Shown: piece by piece, positions 44,893-55,200 of the stretch
Layout of the letters: each line of letters opens with the position of its first letter
How positions within the stretch are numbered: the stretch's first letter is position 1
Assembly: GCA_016181845.1 (NCBI GenBank)
Contig: JACOYO010000001.1
Coordinates: 33,133 to 97,132 of the forward strand
Reading direction: 5' to 3'
From: Parcubacteria group bacterium
GTDB lineage: Bacteria; Patescibacteriota; Minisyncoccia; Phycocordibacterales; 21-14-all-47-15
Length of the DNA stretch: 64,000 nucleotides
The notes under the pieces: model-generated
What the model was told of the DNA's origin: nothing
The model's input: the letters and a program-made list of their open reading frames with translations, nothing else
The model's database searches: none
Translations under genes and position numbers: made by a program

Positions 44893-45255
44893 CTATAGTA
44901 AACCAATAATAATTTGAACGACGCCAACAGCAACTCCAATAACAATAGCAGAGATTGCAATGCGCGTTGCTCTTGTACCACTTCTCTCTGCTTCTTTTAA
45001 CATGCGATATTCAATAATAGTGGATACACCCTTGGCTGTTATCGCATAACGATGTTTATCTTGCGCATCTAAATATTCAACATGTTCAATCACTCTGTCA
45101 CTAGATTGATCAGGTTTAAGTATCCTTATGTACCAATTCTTTTCTTTTGGTGTTAAAATAAATTTTTTTATCAAATCTTCTTCGAGAAACCCGCCCTCTT
45201 GTTTTTCATAAGCCCATTCTAGTATTTCCATAAAGATGCCATCTTTAGTTTTCAT
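44893..45255 (-). CDS. Hypothetical small protein with a C-terminal transmembrane anchor
   Basis: 120 aa; C-terminal hydrophobic segment RIAISAIVIGVAVGVVQIIIGLL. No recognisable domain. Confidence 0.3.
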   Translation of the reverse strand: MKTKDGIFMEILEWAYEKQEGGFLEEDLIKKFILTPKEKNWYIRILKPDQSSDRVIEHVEYLDAQDKHRYAITAKGVSTIIEYRMLKEAERSGTRATRIAISAIVIGVAVGVVQIIIGLL

Positions 45256-45266
45256 TGGATTTCAGT

Positions 45267-47075
45267 TTATTTAATCTTAAAAGTAAACGTGATTGGAAGA
45301 CTGGAGACAGCGCGATAGAGACCAGAAGTCTGACCGATCGCTCTCATTTCTTTTATAGTGAAAGTATGAGTGCCAGTTGGCATGCCAGTTGTGTCATATA
45401 TTTTGATTTGATATAGAGTGGTATTCTGATTTAGAGGCGCTCCAGATCCAAAAATATTAAAGTCTAAACTGCCAGCCCAAATGCGTAATTTATTAACATC
45501 AATATCAGATTCAAATTTTATCTCGCCAATTCTAAAAGGCTCATCTGCATTTGAAAGACCAAAGGCGGCAATAGTAGCTCCTTGATAGCCAATTGGATAT
45601 TCTGGTATTTCTATAGTGTAATCAATATTATTTGAATCTTGTTGATAAATAGTTCTTCTCTCAATTTTTGGATCAATCTTTATATATTCCACTGCTTTTA
45701 TATCAACGCTTTTACTTATGCCATTCCAAGAAAAAACTATGTTGTGTGTGCCAACCGTTTTTGGATAATAAGTAAAAGAGCCTCCATCAGAACGAGTCTG
45801 GTTTTGAGTAGAATCAGGAGTAAACATTGAAATATTCTTATTTGTTTGTAGCTGCCCATTTTTAAGAATACTTACTTTCAAAGAAGCGCTATTCCACTCA
45901 TTTGCTTGTACTGATGTTTTATCTGGTTGTATTAAAATATCATATTCATCTGGTTTAGTTAAAAAAGAACCTTCCTTTTTTACAACTTGGACACCTGCAA
46001 TAGATTCAATTTCATATGAATAGGTAGTTCCGCTAACTAAATTCGTGAGATTAACTATGTGGCGAGTAGACAGGCCAGATTCAGAATTGTAAACTTTCGA
46101 AGATAAACTTCCACCGGAAATAAATATTTTTGAGTCAGTTGGAATGTTTGTTTGCCATTCGATTCTTGCCGAGGACAGAGATACTTCCACATTAACTGCT
46201 GATATTTGAATATGAATAACAGTTGTGGGGACTTGAGATTGTGCCGATAATGGTAAAATATGGGTTTGTTCCAATGCTTCCTTGATCGTACGAACAATAT
46301 TCCCATTTGAATCCATTTCCACAACAGCACCGTTGGGCAAATTTACGGTGCTGTTTTTTGGCTCTTCTGTTTTGTCTTTTTTATCATCAATTTTCGCTTC
46401 TTTTTCTTTCGGCTCGCTTACTTTTTGTTTAAGATTTTCTATTTCATCTTTGAGTTTATTGATGGTTTTTATTTGTTCATCTTTTTTATCCTCGCCCACT
46501 TGCGGAGTTGCTTCTTTGTCTTTCAATTCCGCTTTCAAATCTTCAAGTTGTTGTTTGAGTCCCAACACTTCTTTTTTAAGTTCGGTCATTTGTTTCGCCG
46601 CTTCTTCCTGCCCTTTTTTGCTTGCTTCAATGGCTTTTTCAATCGCCGCTTTGGCTTCTTCGGGTACTTTAATCAGGACGGCAGACAATGCTTCATGATT
46701 TTTTGCAGTGGTGTCTTCAATGGAAGTGAACAGGTTTTCCGCTTGTATTTTGTCTTTGACATCTTTTGATTTTTCAATTGCTAGAGCGACATTTTCTTCA
46801 TAACTAGCGAGAGCTATTTTTACTGCGTCTGGGTTTTTGTCTTCCGCGACAGATTCTATTTCCGCCAATCGTTCATTCGCATATTCCAACGCTTTTTTCG
46901 CTTTCTGTTCGGGATTGAATGTGAAGAAAAGCCCGATTTTTTCGAAAGTGGTATCAAAGAGATAAAAGAAGCTCCCTGGTTTTACGCCTGCGCTTGTGGC
47001 AGCAGATACTGGGGCAGGCACTATAAAAGCAATTGAAATAAATAGTATTGATAATATTGTGAGTGATTTTTTCAT
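45267..47075 (-). CDS. Secreted surface protein: signal peptide, N-terminal helical domain, Lys/Glu-rich coiled coil, beta-rich (Ig/FN3-like) C-terminal region
   Basis: Start taken at MKKSLTILSILFISIAFIVPAPVSA. Coiled-coil heptads ELKKEVLGLKQQLEDLKAELKDKE. The ORF track begins 16 codons upstream. Confidence 0.45.
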   Translation of the reverse strand: MKKSLTILSILFISIAFIVPAPVSAATSAGVKPGSFFYLFDTTFEKIGLFFTFNPEQKAKKALEYANERLAEIESVAEDKNPDAVKIALASYEENVALAIEKSKDVKDKIQAENLFTSIEDTTAKNHEALSAVLIKVPEEAKAAIEKAIEASKKGQEEAAKQMTELKKEVLGLKQQLEDLKAELKDKEATPQVGEDKKDEQIKTINKLKDEIENLKQKVSEPKEKEAKIDDKKDKTEEPKNSTVNLPNGAVVEMDSNGNIVRTIKEALEQTHILPLSAQSQVPTTVIHIQISAVNVEVSLSSARIEWQTNIPTDSKIFISGGSLSSKVYNSESGLSTRHIVNLTNLVSGTTYSYEIESIAGVQVVKKEGSFLTKPDEYDILIQPDKTSVQANEWNSASLKVSILKNGQLQTNKNISMFTPDSTQNQTRSDGGSFTYYPKTVGTHNIVFSWNGISKSVDIKAVEYIKIDPKIERRTIYQQDSNNIDYTIEIPEYPIGYQGATIAAFGLSNADEPFRIGEIKFESDIDVNKLRIWAGSLDFNIFGSGAPLNQNTTLYQIKIYDTTGMPTGTHTFTIKEMRAIGQTSGLYRAVSSLPITFTFKIK

Positions 47076-47122
47076 ATATCTATAGTACAGAATAATTAAT
47101 GATTTAGGAACATATCCACACA

Positions 47123-48106
47123 CTACAAAACATCCTTTTCCGCCGCTTCTTTCAAAATGATTTTTTGGAGCGCTTGCACATCTTTGTCGTCGTACAATGA
47201 TACTGTCGTAACTATCGGCGCTAGTTTTTTCAATTTTTGAATATCTTTTTTAAGGCGCGCAACGTCGTGAGTGATGTCGGTTTTTGTGATGACCACGATT
47301 TCTTTTTTCTCAAGCAACACGGGGTCAAATTGTTTCAATTCTTTCCGCACCGTCTTATACGCCGCGAGCAAATCGTCGTTTTCAAGCGAAACAAGGTGCA
47401 CGAGTATCTTGGTGCGGCGAATGTGCCGCAAAAATTTATGCCCGAGCCCTTTCCCTTCTGCCGCGCCCTCCACAAGCCCCGGAACATCGGCGATGATATA
47501 TCCGAAACATTCTCCCAAGTTTGGTTCAAGCGTCGTAAACGGATAGTCGCCCACTTTCCCCCGCGCGTTTGAAAGCGCGTTCAAAATACTCGTCTTGCCC
47601 GCATTAGGAAAACCGATGAGCCCGATGTCGGCGATGAGCTCCACTTCAATATAAAACTCCGCATCTTCGCCCGGTTTCCCCGGCGTCGCTTTTTGCGGCG
47701 AACGATTGACCGAGCTTTTGAACGATTCATTGCCGCGGCCGCCCTGCCCCCCCGAAAGCAAGAGCACGCGTTCTCCTTCTTCGTACAATGAAATTTGCTG
47801 TCCTGTTTTTTTGTTGGTGATAATTGAACCGATTGGAAATAAAATATCAAGGTCTTTTCCGTTGGCGCCGTGCAAACTTTTTTTGCCGCCATTTTCACCG
47901 CGCTCCGCGGCAAATTCTTTGATCGCACGATACCGCGCGAGCAGATGCACATCGCGTACGGCTTTTGCATAGACATGCCCGCCGCGACCGCCGTCGCCAC
48001 CGGCAGGTCCTCCCAATTCAATCCCCTTCTCATGACGCCAGCGCACGACGCCGCCACCGCCGTCGCCCGCTTTCGCGTATATAGTTAATTCATCAATAAA
48101 AGCCAT
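47123..48106 (-). CDS. obg: GTPase Obg/CgtA
   Basis: N-terminal Obg fold with Gly-rich repeats (GDGGGGVV, GPAGGDGGRGG). GFPNAGKTS G1 motif, DVPG G3 motif. Confidence 0.9.
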   Translation of the reverse strand: MAFIDELTIYAKAGDGGGGVVRWRHEKGIELGGPAGGDGGRGGHVYAKAVRDVHLLARYRAIKEFAAERGENGGKKSLHGANGKDLDILFPIGSIITNKKTGQQISLYEEGERVLLLSGGQGGRGNESFKSSVNRSPQKATPGKPGEDAEFYIEVELIADIGLIGFPNAGKTSILNALSNARGKVGDYPFTTLEPNLGECFGYIIADVPGLVEGAAEGKGLGHKFLRHIRRTKILVHLVSLENDDLLAAYKTVRKELKQFDPVLLEKKEIVVITKTDITHDVARLKKDIQKLKKLAPIVTTVSLYDDKDVQALQKIILKEAAEKDVL

Positions 48107-48144
48107 AAAAAAATTATTAAGAAGTCCAACTTCTTGTGTGTGAG

Positions 48145-48222
48145 ACGTCCGACTTCTGCTGTGGTAATTACTTTATTTGTGGCCAATGCCGATGTTTTAC
48201 CACTTCAGAAGTCGGACGTCTA
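48145..48222. repeat. 16-bp perfect inverted repeat AGACGTCCGACTTCTG ... CAGAAGTCGGACGTCT with a ~46-bp loop, between obg and the rlmB-like gene
   Basis: Read directly from the sequence. Confidence 0.5.
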
Positions 48223-48239
48223 AACGGTCAATGCCGATT

Positions 48240-49022
48240 TTATGTTATTTTTTTACTTGGAGGTTGAGCCTCCAAGTGAAGCGCTTTCGGATGTCCCAAG
48301 CTCCATTGGTGGAGCGCCACAGCGGCGGACGCGCCGACATTGAGCGATTCGCATTGTTCGTTCGTGGCAATAGAGAGAAGCACATCACAGAGCTCGCGCG
48401 TCTTTGCGCGGATACCTTTTGATTCGTTGCCCAAAATAAATACCGCCGGCGCGTCAAAAACTTCTTTGGCAATCGGATGTGGCGCTTCTTCATCAAGCCC
48501 GTAAATCCAAAAACCTTTTTCTTTCAAATCACGCACGGTCATATTCACGTTGCCAATTTGCACCAAAGGAATCCGAAATGCCATACCCGCCGACACCTTA
48601 ACTACAGAGCCGGTAATCTGCGCCTGATTGTGTTCCGGCAAAAGCACGCCCGAAATGCCAAATGCCGCGGCGCTACGAATAATCGCGCCGACATTCTGTG
48701 GGTCTTCCAGTTCGTCCAAAAGCACGAGCGCTGTGTCGGGATTGACAGATAGTGTCCGTATAAATTCATCGTATGGCAACACGAGAGCATCAGTAGAAAC
48801 AAGCGCAATAAACCCTTGATGCACCGCGCCAGCATCAATGCCGCGCGGCGGCGTATCGGCAGGAAAGCTCGACATAAGCGCGCCGGCTTTCCGTATCAAT
48901 CCTTTCAGCGCGTCATCGTGTATATGCGTTGCCAAAAAAACCTGCTCCACCGTTTTCGGCGCGTGGGTGAGCGCCTCCATAAGCGCGTGCCGTCCATAAA
49001 TGTATGTTTTGCTTCGTATCAT
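48240..49022 (-). CDS. TrmH/SpoU-family RNA 2'-O-methyltransferase (RlmB-like)
   Basis: N-terminal substrate-binding domain plus SPOUT-fold C-terminus (LVLGNESKGI motif); ~260 aa. Confidence 0.75.
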   Translation of the reverse strand: MIRSKTYIYGRHALMEALTHAPKTVEQVFLATHIHDDALKGLIRKAGALMSSFPADTPPRGIDAGAVHQGFIALVSTDALVLPYDEFIRTLSVNPDTALVLLDELEDPQNVGAIIRSAAAFGISGVLLPEHNQAQITGSVVKVSAGMAFRIPLVQIGNVNMTVRDLKEKGFWIYGLDEEAPHPIAKEVFDAPAVFILGNESKGIRAKTRELCDVLLSIATNEQCESLNVGASAAVALHQWSLGHPKALHLEAQPPSKKIT

Positions 49023-49192
49023 AATTGTTTAGAGTGTAGCAGAAGACTTGCATCTGCGCGAGGTTGCAAAAAGTTGCATACGCAACTTGAAGGCTTAGCC
49101 TCCAAGAGCACACAGCGACAAACTATGCCAGTATACTGGCATAGTTTCATTTGTTGCAGAACGACACAAAAAAAAGATAGTATACAAACACA

Positions 49193-49981
49193 ATGCAAGA
49201 AAAGAGAAGGGAAAAGAAAAAAATGCGGTGGAGAAAACAAAAACGCCAAGCCAGCTCTTTTTGGGAAAAAGAATATAAGAGCGGCGAGCATTTGGCTCTC
49301 TCGACAAGCGCGAGCGAAGACCTGCAAAAATTCACGCGGTGGCTTTCGCGCGAAAATGATAATAAAACCTTGCGATATATCGAAAGGTTTTTACCAGTAA
49401 ATAAATACTCGACGACAAAAGCATCCGTTGCTGATTTAGGCACCGGCAATGGGAGAAATCTTATATACCTTGCAGAAACGTTCGGCATGAAAGGCACTGG
49501 ATTTGATATTTCCCGCGAGGCGATTGAACAGGCAAAAATCGCGAGCAAAAACAAAAATTTGCCGCTTGAATTTTTCGTGCGCTCAATCGCGGAGCCAATT
49601 CCACTGCCCGATAATTCACAAGACATCGTCCTTGATATGATGACCTCGCATTTTTTAAACAACTCCGAGCGAGCGATCCTCCTTTCCGAAATCGCGCGCA
49701 TTTTGAAACCGGGCGGCTTTCTTTTTTTCAAAACATTTCTTCTTGATGAGGATATTCACGCGGCGCGTCTTTTGCGCGAGCACCCAGCGGGAGAACCGGG
49801 CTCATACATTCACCCTGAAATCGGCAAAGCCGAGCATGTATTCACCGAAAATGAAATCGTTGCTCTCTTTTCTCACTATTTCACGATACGAAAAATTACC
49901 AAATCGCACCGCCACAAAATCAAAGGACATGCCGCCAAACGCAGAAGCATTTCCGTATACGCAGAAAAAGAAATCCGTTAA
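49193..49981 (+). CDS. Class I SAM-dependent methyltransferase; contains the 28-bp palindrome, copy C, in frame
   Basis: ADLGTGNGRNLIYLAE motif I, ILKPGGFLFFKTF. Start uncertain (Lys/Arg-rich N-terminus). The palindrome encodes KTLRYIERFL. Confidence 0.65.
   Translation: MQEKRREKKKMRWRKQKRQASSFWEKEYKSGEHLALSTSASEDLQKFTRWLSRENDNKTLRYIERFLPVNKYSTTKASVADLGTGNGRNLIYLAETFGMKGTGFDISREAIEQAKIASKNKNLPLEFFVRSIAEPIPLPDNSQDIVLDMMTSHFLNNSERAILLSEIARILKPGGFLFFKTFLLDEDIHAARLLREHPAGEPGSYIHPEIGKAEHVFTENEIVALFSHYFTIRKITKSHRHKIKGHAAKRRSISVYAEKEIR
49363..49393. repeat. 28-bp near-perfect palindrome AAAACCTTGCGATATATCGAAAGGTTTT (copy C), inside the methyltransferase CDS
   Basis: Identical to copy A. Flanking sequence is unrelated. 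Confidence 0.85.
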
Positions 49982-50413
49982 TTTTTTTGTTGGAACTGAA
50001 AACCCATATTCGCTCAATATTTCCATTTGCTTAAGAAAAGGGTTGCTTTTAAATCAAACGCATGTTTGGTATCAAAAATATGACAATAATTTTGTCGTCA
50101 CTTTTTCAAAGTTGTCCAAAAATTTGGCTTTGAAAAAACGGCTTCATATAATAATATAATATATATATTTCAATGATAAGCGGGGGAATTTTACTAATCA
50201 TGTATTTCAAACGGTAAAAAAATTATCAAAAAATGTTTTGGGCATATAGTTGTAGCAGAAAATAGTTTGATTGAAAATTTTTTATGTACTTCGGTAATGG
50301 TTCAGGAAAGGAGGCTCGGGGAGCATACACCTCTTATGCTGTAAAACATGTTGGCTTTCCCCAGCGCCAACACGCACCAACATTCATATCAAAATTCTAA
50401 ATGGGAGGAGCGT

Positions 50414-51517
50414 ATGAAAAAGATTTTAATTGCGGTTCTATCTGTATTCTTCCTTGTTGCCATGGTTGCAATTGGAATAAATACGGCGAGCGCCGCAGAA
50501 GATCCAAGCGCAAAAAAGGTGGCGTCTTTGTTTGAGGGATGGAAAGCGAGTGGCCATGTATTGTTTGGCGCGAATCTTTCCAATAAACGAGCCGCGCACG
50601 ACGCAGAAATGTATTTTGACCGCGGACGATTGGATTTAAAAAAAGAGGGTCTCTCGTTTTTTAAAGAACATGACGGCGGATTACGGTTTACGTTTGAGAC
50701 CTTCAACGATGCGAATTCAAAAAAGCCGGAATTCTTCCTGAAATATGTATATCCGTGGATTAAATTGACCGATGATATTACATTGCAGGCCGGATATATT
50801 CCGACACCGCTTGTCGGGCCGGAGGAAATGGAAATTCGATGGCTCGGTGAAGAAATCGGAAAATCCCTTATTGATACGCACCTGAAAATGTCCTCAAGAA
50901 CGCTCGGTGCCGGATTAGAATACACATTCCCCATCGGTAAAATATACGCGACCGCCGGCGAAGGTTCGTATAATAGCGGAAACGCAATTGAGGGGATTGT
51001 TGAACTTACGCCATTCAAATCATCGGAAAATTTTTTGAAGTATTTCTTCGCGCATGTAGGCGGTATGTATAACATGACCGCCGAGGAAGCAAATGCTAAT
51101 AGTTCAACTCTGTGGCTGGCGCGCGCCGGTTTTAAAGAAAAAGGCGTCTATAGCATATCCGGCATGGTCTTGACGACAAACGGACCGTCTTCGCGGCTTG
51201 CGAAAGAGTATCCCGGCCTTACAAAATATTTCAAAAACCAAGACATTGAAAACAGCGGTTTTGAACTGCTTGGGCGCGTATATCCCTGGAAAATTATCAG
51301 TGGTGATAGCGTCAGTGAAATGAAGAAGGTGTGGATTATGGCGCGACACAGAAACATTACCGGCGATTTTGATTACACTCAAAACTTGTTCATGACAGGT
51401 TATGACATAAGCAATAACCTGCAAATCGGTATCGGTACCGCCATCTCTTCAGCATCGGCAAATACCAGTATTGCAGACAACGCAAAAGTCGTTGTCGCTC
51501 TCCAATTAAAATTCTGA
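50414..51517 (+). CDS. Secreted hypothetical protein with an alternating beta-strand pattern and a C-terminal Phe (outer-membrane beta-barrel-like signature)
   Basis: Start at MKKILIAVLSVFFLVAMVAIGINTASA, with a GGGAGG RBS 7 nt upstream. Ends ..AKVVVALQLKF. A ~110-nt hairpin-rich leader precedes it. Confidence 0.4.
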   Translation: MKKILIAVLSVFFLVAMVAIGINTASAAEDPSAKKVASLFEGWKASGHVLFGANLSNKRAAHDAEMYFDRGRLDLKKEGLSFFKEHDGGLRFTFETFNDANSKKPEFFLKYVYPWIKLTDDITLQAGYIPTPLVGPEEMEIRWLGEEIGKSLIDTHLKMSSRTLGAGLEYTFPIGKIYATAGEGSYNSGNAIEGIVELTPFKSSENFLKYFFAHVGGMYNMTAEEANANSSTLWLARAGFKEKGVYSISGMVLTTNGPSSRLAKEYPGLTKYFKNQDIENSGFELLGRVYPWKIISGDSVSEMKKVWIMARHRNITGDFDYTQNLFMTGYDISNNLQIGIGTAISSASANTSIADNAKVVVALQLKF

Positions 51518-51586
51518 ATTTTAAAACATAAAAACCCCCATGCAATAAAATCGCATGGGGGTTTAAACTATCTAAAAAAGAACAAA

Positions 51587-54238
51587 CTAAACTTTTTCAA
51601 TGGTGACAATGGTGTCCATCCATCGTTGCTGTCCTCCAATCGGGTCTCCTTTATTTGGAATAATCCAATTGGGGTGCACACCTTTGTCTTTCCACCAAAT
51701 TCTCGCAATGTCTTCGTCTTCCCTTCCAAACGGAGATTTGACAGTGCCGGCAGTCGCGGCTCTTCCATGAGCCCAATGCCCGCAATGATGGGAAATGGCG
51801 ATAACTCCCGGGATAATTCCTTCCCGCAAACTGGCCTCGGTAATAATAGAACCAATTTCAGAAGTTACTCTGATTTTATCGCCGTTGTGAATCTTAAATT
51901 GCCGTGCAGTAAGCGGATGTATCATCGCTGGATTGCGATGATACAGCTCGCTCAACAACCAATTTCCTTGCGTCCTAGAGTGCGTTTGTTCGGCAACTTT
52001 ATAGGTAGTCAGCACGAGCTGACTTTCCTTGAGATTCTCAAATTCCGGAATTGGCATCCACGCCGGTAAAGCGGGGAAACCTTTTTCTTCAAGAAACTTT
52101 GAGTAAATCTCCAACAAACCGCTTTTATTGATTTTATCCGGCGTGAATCCTTTATACGGAGTACCGTCGACTATCTGGCCAACGTAGTTTTTATACGCGT
52201 CTTTTGTCGTCGTATAATCTTCTTCCGATTTGCCTTTCCAGATTACACCGGTTTTTTTATCAACAATGGTTCCTTCCATATCCTCTGGTTTAAGAATTTT
52301 TGCGTGTCCGTCATATGACGGTTTTTGAGCGCGGTCATACCATGCGCCAAACCGTTTCATATATTCAAACCCACTTATTCCAAGCTCTGCGCCGGCATCT
52401 TTCACGCCAGGCGTATTTTCGCACGCATCGCGGACAACTTCTTCCGCGCTTTCTACCACAAACGAGCCATCTCCATCTTTCCCCATTCCGAGACGACGGG
52501 CGAGTTCACAAACAACATTCTGAAAATCGCTGGCTTCGCCAGGTAATGTTTCATACACCGGCTGGCGAATATAGAATTCAGGAATCTGATCCATAGAGGC
52601 CATATCTTCCCATGCCCATCGTTCTAAATAATTGGCATCCGGAAGAACCAAGTCCGCGTACTTTGTTCCTTCGCCATACCCGACATCAACGGCGACGCTA
52701 AACGGAATAATCGATTCATCTTTGAGGATGGCGATATTTTCCCGGCAATTGCCGTTTGCATATGCCGCATTGTAGCAATACGCCATGTATATTTCAGGGC
52801 GTCCGTATTTTCCTTCTTTGATTAAGCGCAAGACATCTTGTCCGGCATGATGGTTTGGAAACGCATATCCTTCGCCATCAAGAACTTTTAGCTTTTTCGG
52901 ATGCCCTTCTGGTTTCTTGAAAGAATTTTTCCACTTCGCGCCGATAGCCATCATTCGTCCGCCTTTGCGATTCGTGTATCCGCAAAGCGCTTCAAGCATG
53001 ATGACGGCGCGTTCCGTCATGACACCGTTGTAATGAGCCACCGCTCCGCGATACGAAATGATTGTTCCCGGTTTTGCTTTTGCATAGCCGACAGCAATTT
53101 CACGAATCGTTTGCGCCGGAACACCGCTTATCTTTTCTGCCCATTCCGGCGTGTAACCGGCTACATGGTCTTTGATTTGAACAATGGTTGTATTCGTCCA
53201 TTTCTCAAAAAATTCTTTGTCATAAAGCTCTTCGGAAATGACGACATTCGCCATCGCAAGCACAACCGCGAGGTCGGTTCCGGGTTTAATCGGAATCCAC
53301 TTCGTTGATTTCGCCGCTGTGTTGCTTAAGCGAACATCAAACGTATACATAGGGACATTTTTCCCGATCGCTTTCATAAGCCGTTGGGCGAGCGGAATAT
53401 GCGAGGTATGCGCTTCAAGCGGATTTGAACCGAAATTCAAAATAAAATTCGTATGCACGACATCGTTGACATCGTAATGTTTTCCCCACGTCAGCTCTTG
53501 CGCTACAAATTTTCCGCCTTCGCAAATCGTCGTATGGTTCCCTATTGTTTTCGTGCCATACGCGGAAAGAAAAAGGTCTTTGATCAAAGTGCTCGTTGAA
53601 CCTTTCATTCTTCCGTATTGGAACATGAAATATTCAGGGCGACCTTCGTCCCGAAGCGTCTTCAAACCTTTCACGGAACGGCCAGCAATTTCTCCGCCGT
53701 TTACTAAAAGATTAAGCGCCTCTTCCCAACCGATACGCTCCCATTGGTCATCGCCGCGCTTGCTTCCGTTTTTTCTTTTCATCGGATACAAGAGACGGTC
53801 CGGATCATAGAGATGCTGCCAGCCGGAACGGCCTTTTGCGCAGAGTCCGCCGTTGTTTCTCGGCAAATTAGGATTCCCTTCAATCCTCTTTACTTTGCCG
53901 GTCTTTGTGTCAACAACGAATATTGCTCCGCACCGAGATACGCATTGCCAGCAAGCGCTTGGGACAAACGTTTCATATTCGTTTGACAAGCCGGCGATAT
54001 TAATCGCCGCGGGTCTGCCCAATACGTTCGTGTCCGTTTTTTGCTCCACTGTCATCAACGCTTTTTCTACCGTAATAAACGGCGACTTTTTGAGCGCGGC
54101 CAAGGCGTCTTTTTTGTTATGAAAGACATGCTCTTCCACCAATTTGAGCGCGACAGCATACGCCGAACCGCTAAAGACAGTCGCTCCGCCAAAAACAATG
54201 CCGCATTTTTTTAAGAAATCTCTTCTGGATGTATCCAT
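51587..54238 (-). CDS. Molybdopterin oxidoreductase catalytic subunit (complex iron-sulfur molybdoenzyme family; TtrA/PsrA-like) with a Tat signal
   Basis: Start taken at MDTSRRDFLKKCG (twin-arginine motif). N-terminal 4Fe-4S cysteine cluster C-x2-C-x3-C (CWQCVSRCG) plus a fourth Cys (GGLCAKGRSG). ~880 aa. Confidence 0.8.
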   Translation of the reverse strand: MDTSRRDFLKKCGIVFGGATVFSGSAYAVALKLVEEHVFHNKKDALAALKKSPFITVEKALMTVEQKTDTNVLGRPAAINIAGLSNEYETFVPSACWQCVSRCGAIFVVDTKTGKVKRIEGNPNLPRNNGGLCAKGRSGWQHLYDPDRLLYPMKRKNGSKRGDDQWERIGWEEALNLLVNGGEIAGRSVKGLKTLRDEGRPEYFMFQYGRMKGSTSTLIKDLFLSAYGTKTIGNHTTICEGGKFVAQELTWGKHYDVNDVVHTNFILNFGSNPLEAHTSHIPLAQRLMKAIGKNVPMYTFDVRLSNTAAKSTKWIPIKPGTDLAVVLAMANVVISEELYDKEFFEKWTNTTIVQIKDHVAGYTPEWAEKISGVPAQTIREIAVGYAKAKPGTIISYRGAVAHYNGVMTERAVIMLEALCGYTNRKGGRMMAIGAKWKNSFKKPEGHPKKLKVLDGEGYAFPNHHAGQDVLRLIKEGKYGRPEIYMAYCYNAAYANGNCRENIAILKDESIIPFSVAVDVGYGEGTKYADLVLPDANYLERWAWEDMASMDQIPEFYIRQPVYETLPGEASDFQNVVCELARRLGMGKDGDGSFVVESAEEVVRDACENTPGVKDAGAELGISGFEYMKRFGAWYDRAQKPSYDGHAKILKPEDMEGTIVDKKTGVIWKGKSEEDYTTTKDAYKNYVGQIVDGTPYKGFTPDKINKSGLLEIYSKFLEEKGFPALPAWMPIPEFENLKESQLVLTTYKVAEQTHSRTQGNWLLSELYHRNPAMIHPLTARQFKIHNGDKIRVTSEIGSIITEASLREGIIPGVIAISHHCGHWAHGRAATAGTVKSPFGREDEDIARIWWKDKGVHPNWIIPNKGDPIGGQQRWMDTIVTIEKV

Positions 54239-54269
54239 AATCAATTCTCCTTTCTTTCGTTGGCAATGT

Positions 54270-55157
54270 TTATGCGAGCGGAAGCGTGAGACCGCCGATA
54301 ACAACGGCATATCTCATCGCGAAAATACCAACCATGACCAGAATAGACGCAATCGTATAGCTTGCTACTGTTTTTTTGGAAAGCAATAGCGCAAGAGGAA
54401 CAAGCGCTCCCAGAAAAATTTCAACTCCCAAAAAGATCGGGGCAAAACTTCCCTGTGTTAAGAAAACAAAAGCCGCAAACGCCTCTTTTGAACCATACGC
54501 CAATGTCAGGAGATCGGTGCCGATTAAAAACATATCAAGCGCGATCATCCACACAAGCATGCCGCCAAGGTCAAAGATTAATTCCTTGCCAAATCGTTTT
54601 TCTTCCGGTAATAAAACATTCGCGAAAGATAAAAGGATAATAACAAGCGCCAATCCTGACACGGTCGCCGAAACTAAAAATAGCGTCGGCATAAGCGCCG
54701 TGTGCCAGAGTACGCGTGATTCAACAAGGCCTAAAATAAAGCCGGTGTAACCGTGTACCGAGATAGCGAGAGGAATGCCGATAGCACCAAACAATTTCGT
54801 AAGCGACCAATTCTTATTCCACATAAAATATCCGTACACAAGACAATTGATCGGATACAGAATCAGAAGAATCGTGCCCCAGCTTATTGCCGATGTTGCG
54901 TTAAAAGTAAAAAATAAATACCAAAAACGCATCGGTTGTTCCAAATCCGCAATAAGAAAAAGTGGCGCGATAACGAGCAATACAAATGCCAATACAAGAG
55001 CCGGCATCGCGATTTTTTTATATTTTTCTACACCGAATACATACGCGAGAGTCGATAACACGAACGACCCGGCGCTTAATCCGGTGAAGTAAAAATACAA
55101 CGCGATAAGCCAGCTCCACGCGGGGCCATTCGCAAAATCAGAGATTACTTCCGTCAT
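54270..55157 (-). CDS. NrfD/PsrC/TtrC-like integral membrane quinol-interacting subunit
   Basis: ~295 aa with 8 transmembrane helices. Positioned between the FeS and molybdopterin subunits. Confidence 0.7.
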   Translation of the reverse strand: MTEVISDFANGPAWSWLIALYFYFTGLSAGSFVLSTLAYVFGVEKYKKIAMPALVLAFVLLVIAPLFLIADLEQPMRFWYLFFTFNATSAISWGTILLILYPINCLVYGYFMWNKNWSLTKLFGAIGIPLAISVHGYTGFILGLVESRVLWHTALMPTLFLVSATVSGLALVIILLSFANVLLPEEKRFGKELIFDLGGMLVWMIALDMFLIGTDLLTLAYGSKEAFAAFVFLTQGSFAPIFLGVEIFLGALVPLALLLSKKTVASYTIASILVMVGIFAMRYAVVIGGLTLPLA

Positions 55158-55200
55158 GGCGTGTCCCTTTCTATAACAAAGGTTAATGAAAATTTCTTAT

